NCBI GenBank assembly: GCA_965113315.1 | Contig: OZ220364.1 | Strand: one strand, 5' to 3' | From: Podarcis vaucheri | Lineage: Eukaryota | Length of the DNA stretch: 64,000 nt | Part shown: one piece after another, positions 63,104 to 64,000 of the stretch | How positions within the stretch are numbered: the first letter of the stretch is position 1 | Layout: each line of letters opens with the position of its first letter | The notes under the pieces: model-generated | Database searches by the model: none | What the model saw: the letters and a program-made list of their open reading frames with translations, nothing else | Told to the model about the DNA's origin: nothing | Position numbers and translations under genes: made by a program

Positions 63104-64000
63104 TACATAAAGTTGAAGGAAGGAGTTGGAAGGGTAACACTGTTTTCCACTTTTCAGTTCTATGTTCTTTTCAGAATTAATTCTTCTTGATCTGATTTTT
63201 ATCCAGATCCCTTGGAAAAGCTAAGTGCCTCCTTTCTCTCTTTCTGTCTCTTTGAGGAGGGGGAGAGAAGCGATTAGAGAGTTTGGTGCTCACAGTGTTT
63301 GCTTAAAGATCCAGATGTGCTTATGGGCAAAAGTTGTTGACCTCCAATCTAGAATCTTGAGTGAAAAGGGCACAATTTGTATTGGGGTGGTGGTGGGGAA
63401 TCACTCATCACATGGAGGGGAAAAATCCATGTTGGAAAATAAGAAAAACTTTAGCCTTAAAGAAGGATTTTTGTATTTCACCAGCAGAAATAAGCATCTG
63501 ACTACACCATTTAATCTTCAAAACTGTTGCACACAGGACATATTAGGAGCAGGCCTGCCTTAGGTGCCATTTTCAGTTGTGATTAGAGAACCAGAGTGGC
63601 CCAGGAGAAGCAGGCCCGCCAATACAACAGAACTACTTTATTTAAAGACAAAGGAGCTGGTGCGAACCTCTGCAACAGCACAGCTGCTCTTCTAACAATC
63701 TAGTCACAACATGCCATTTTAGAATGAACACTGGACGCCTCAGGAGCCTGGTGTTTTCGTGCTCTGAAGAGGTGACTGCATTATAGGTCTGCCTTATAGT
63801 GCTGTACATAGGTTGCACATACAGTAGTAGCTTCAAGGCGAGACATGAATGTGCTGACAGAACAGTCCAGAAAGTACATACTTCAAATCATAGACTGCCT
63901 TCTGTTTATCATGCGCACGTGACAATCACAAACCATACTAGGGGTGTTGTATTAATCTCACACATACCTTGTTTATTTTATGCGCTGCACACATACTAAA

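Noticed and set aside
60700-64000. Exons or 3' UTR of a neighbouring gene such as CAMKV or MON1A
   Set aside because: No recognisable coding sequence; minus-strand AATAAA near 63640 and 63975 is not enough support.

Overview
Eukaryotic (vertebrate) genomic DNA, most likely a lacertid or other squamate lizard, judging from Sauria/POM-type SINEs, CR1, L1, RTE and squamate-type MITEs. Two genes lie in tandem on the minus strand. (1) The 5' end of RHOA: CpG-island promoter and non-coding exon 1 at about 19.2-19.4 kb, an 18.7-kb intron 1, and the first coding exon at 418-573; the rest is off the left edge. (2) A complete TRAIP gene (RING E3 ligase): 15 coding exons from 55733 to 29779 with consistent splice phases, 470 or 481 aa depending on one acceptor, a probable extra non-coding first exon, a U12-type last intron and a C-terminal PIP box. 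The rest is intronic or intergenic and rich in transposons. I found no clear new multi-gene system, CRISPR array or RNA gene. The most notable observations are: an in-frame 30-bp tandem duplication doubling TRAIP's conserved NxTFDxxTP CDK-site motif; a sense-oriented solo LTR almost filled by one open frame, which could splice in frame onto TRAIP exon 10; non-autonomous DNA transposons that appear to carry captured host sequence, one resembling a CpG-island polyQ first exon; and RHOA lying next to TRAIP with no TCTA at its promoter. Coordinates were counted by hand, repeat family names and human comparisons are from recall, and no search was run.
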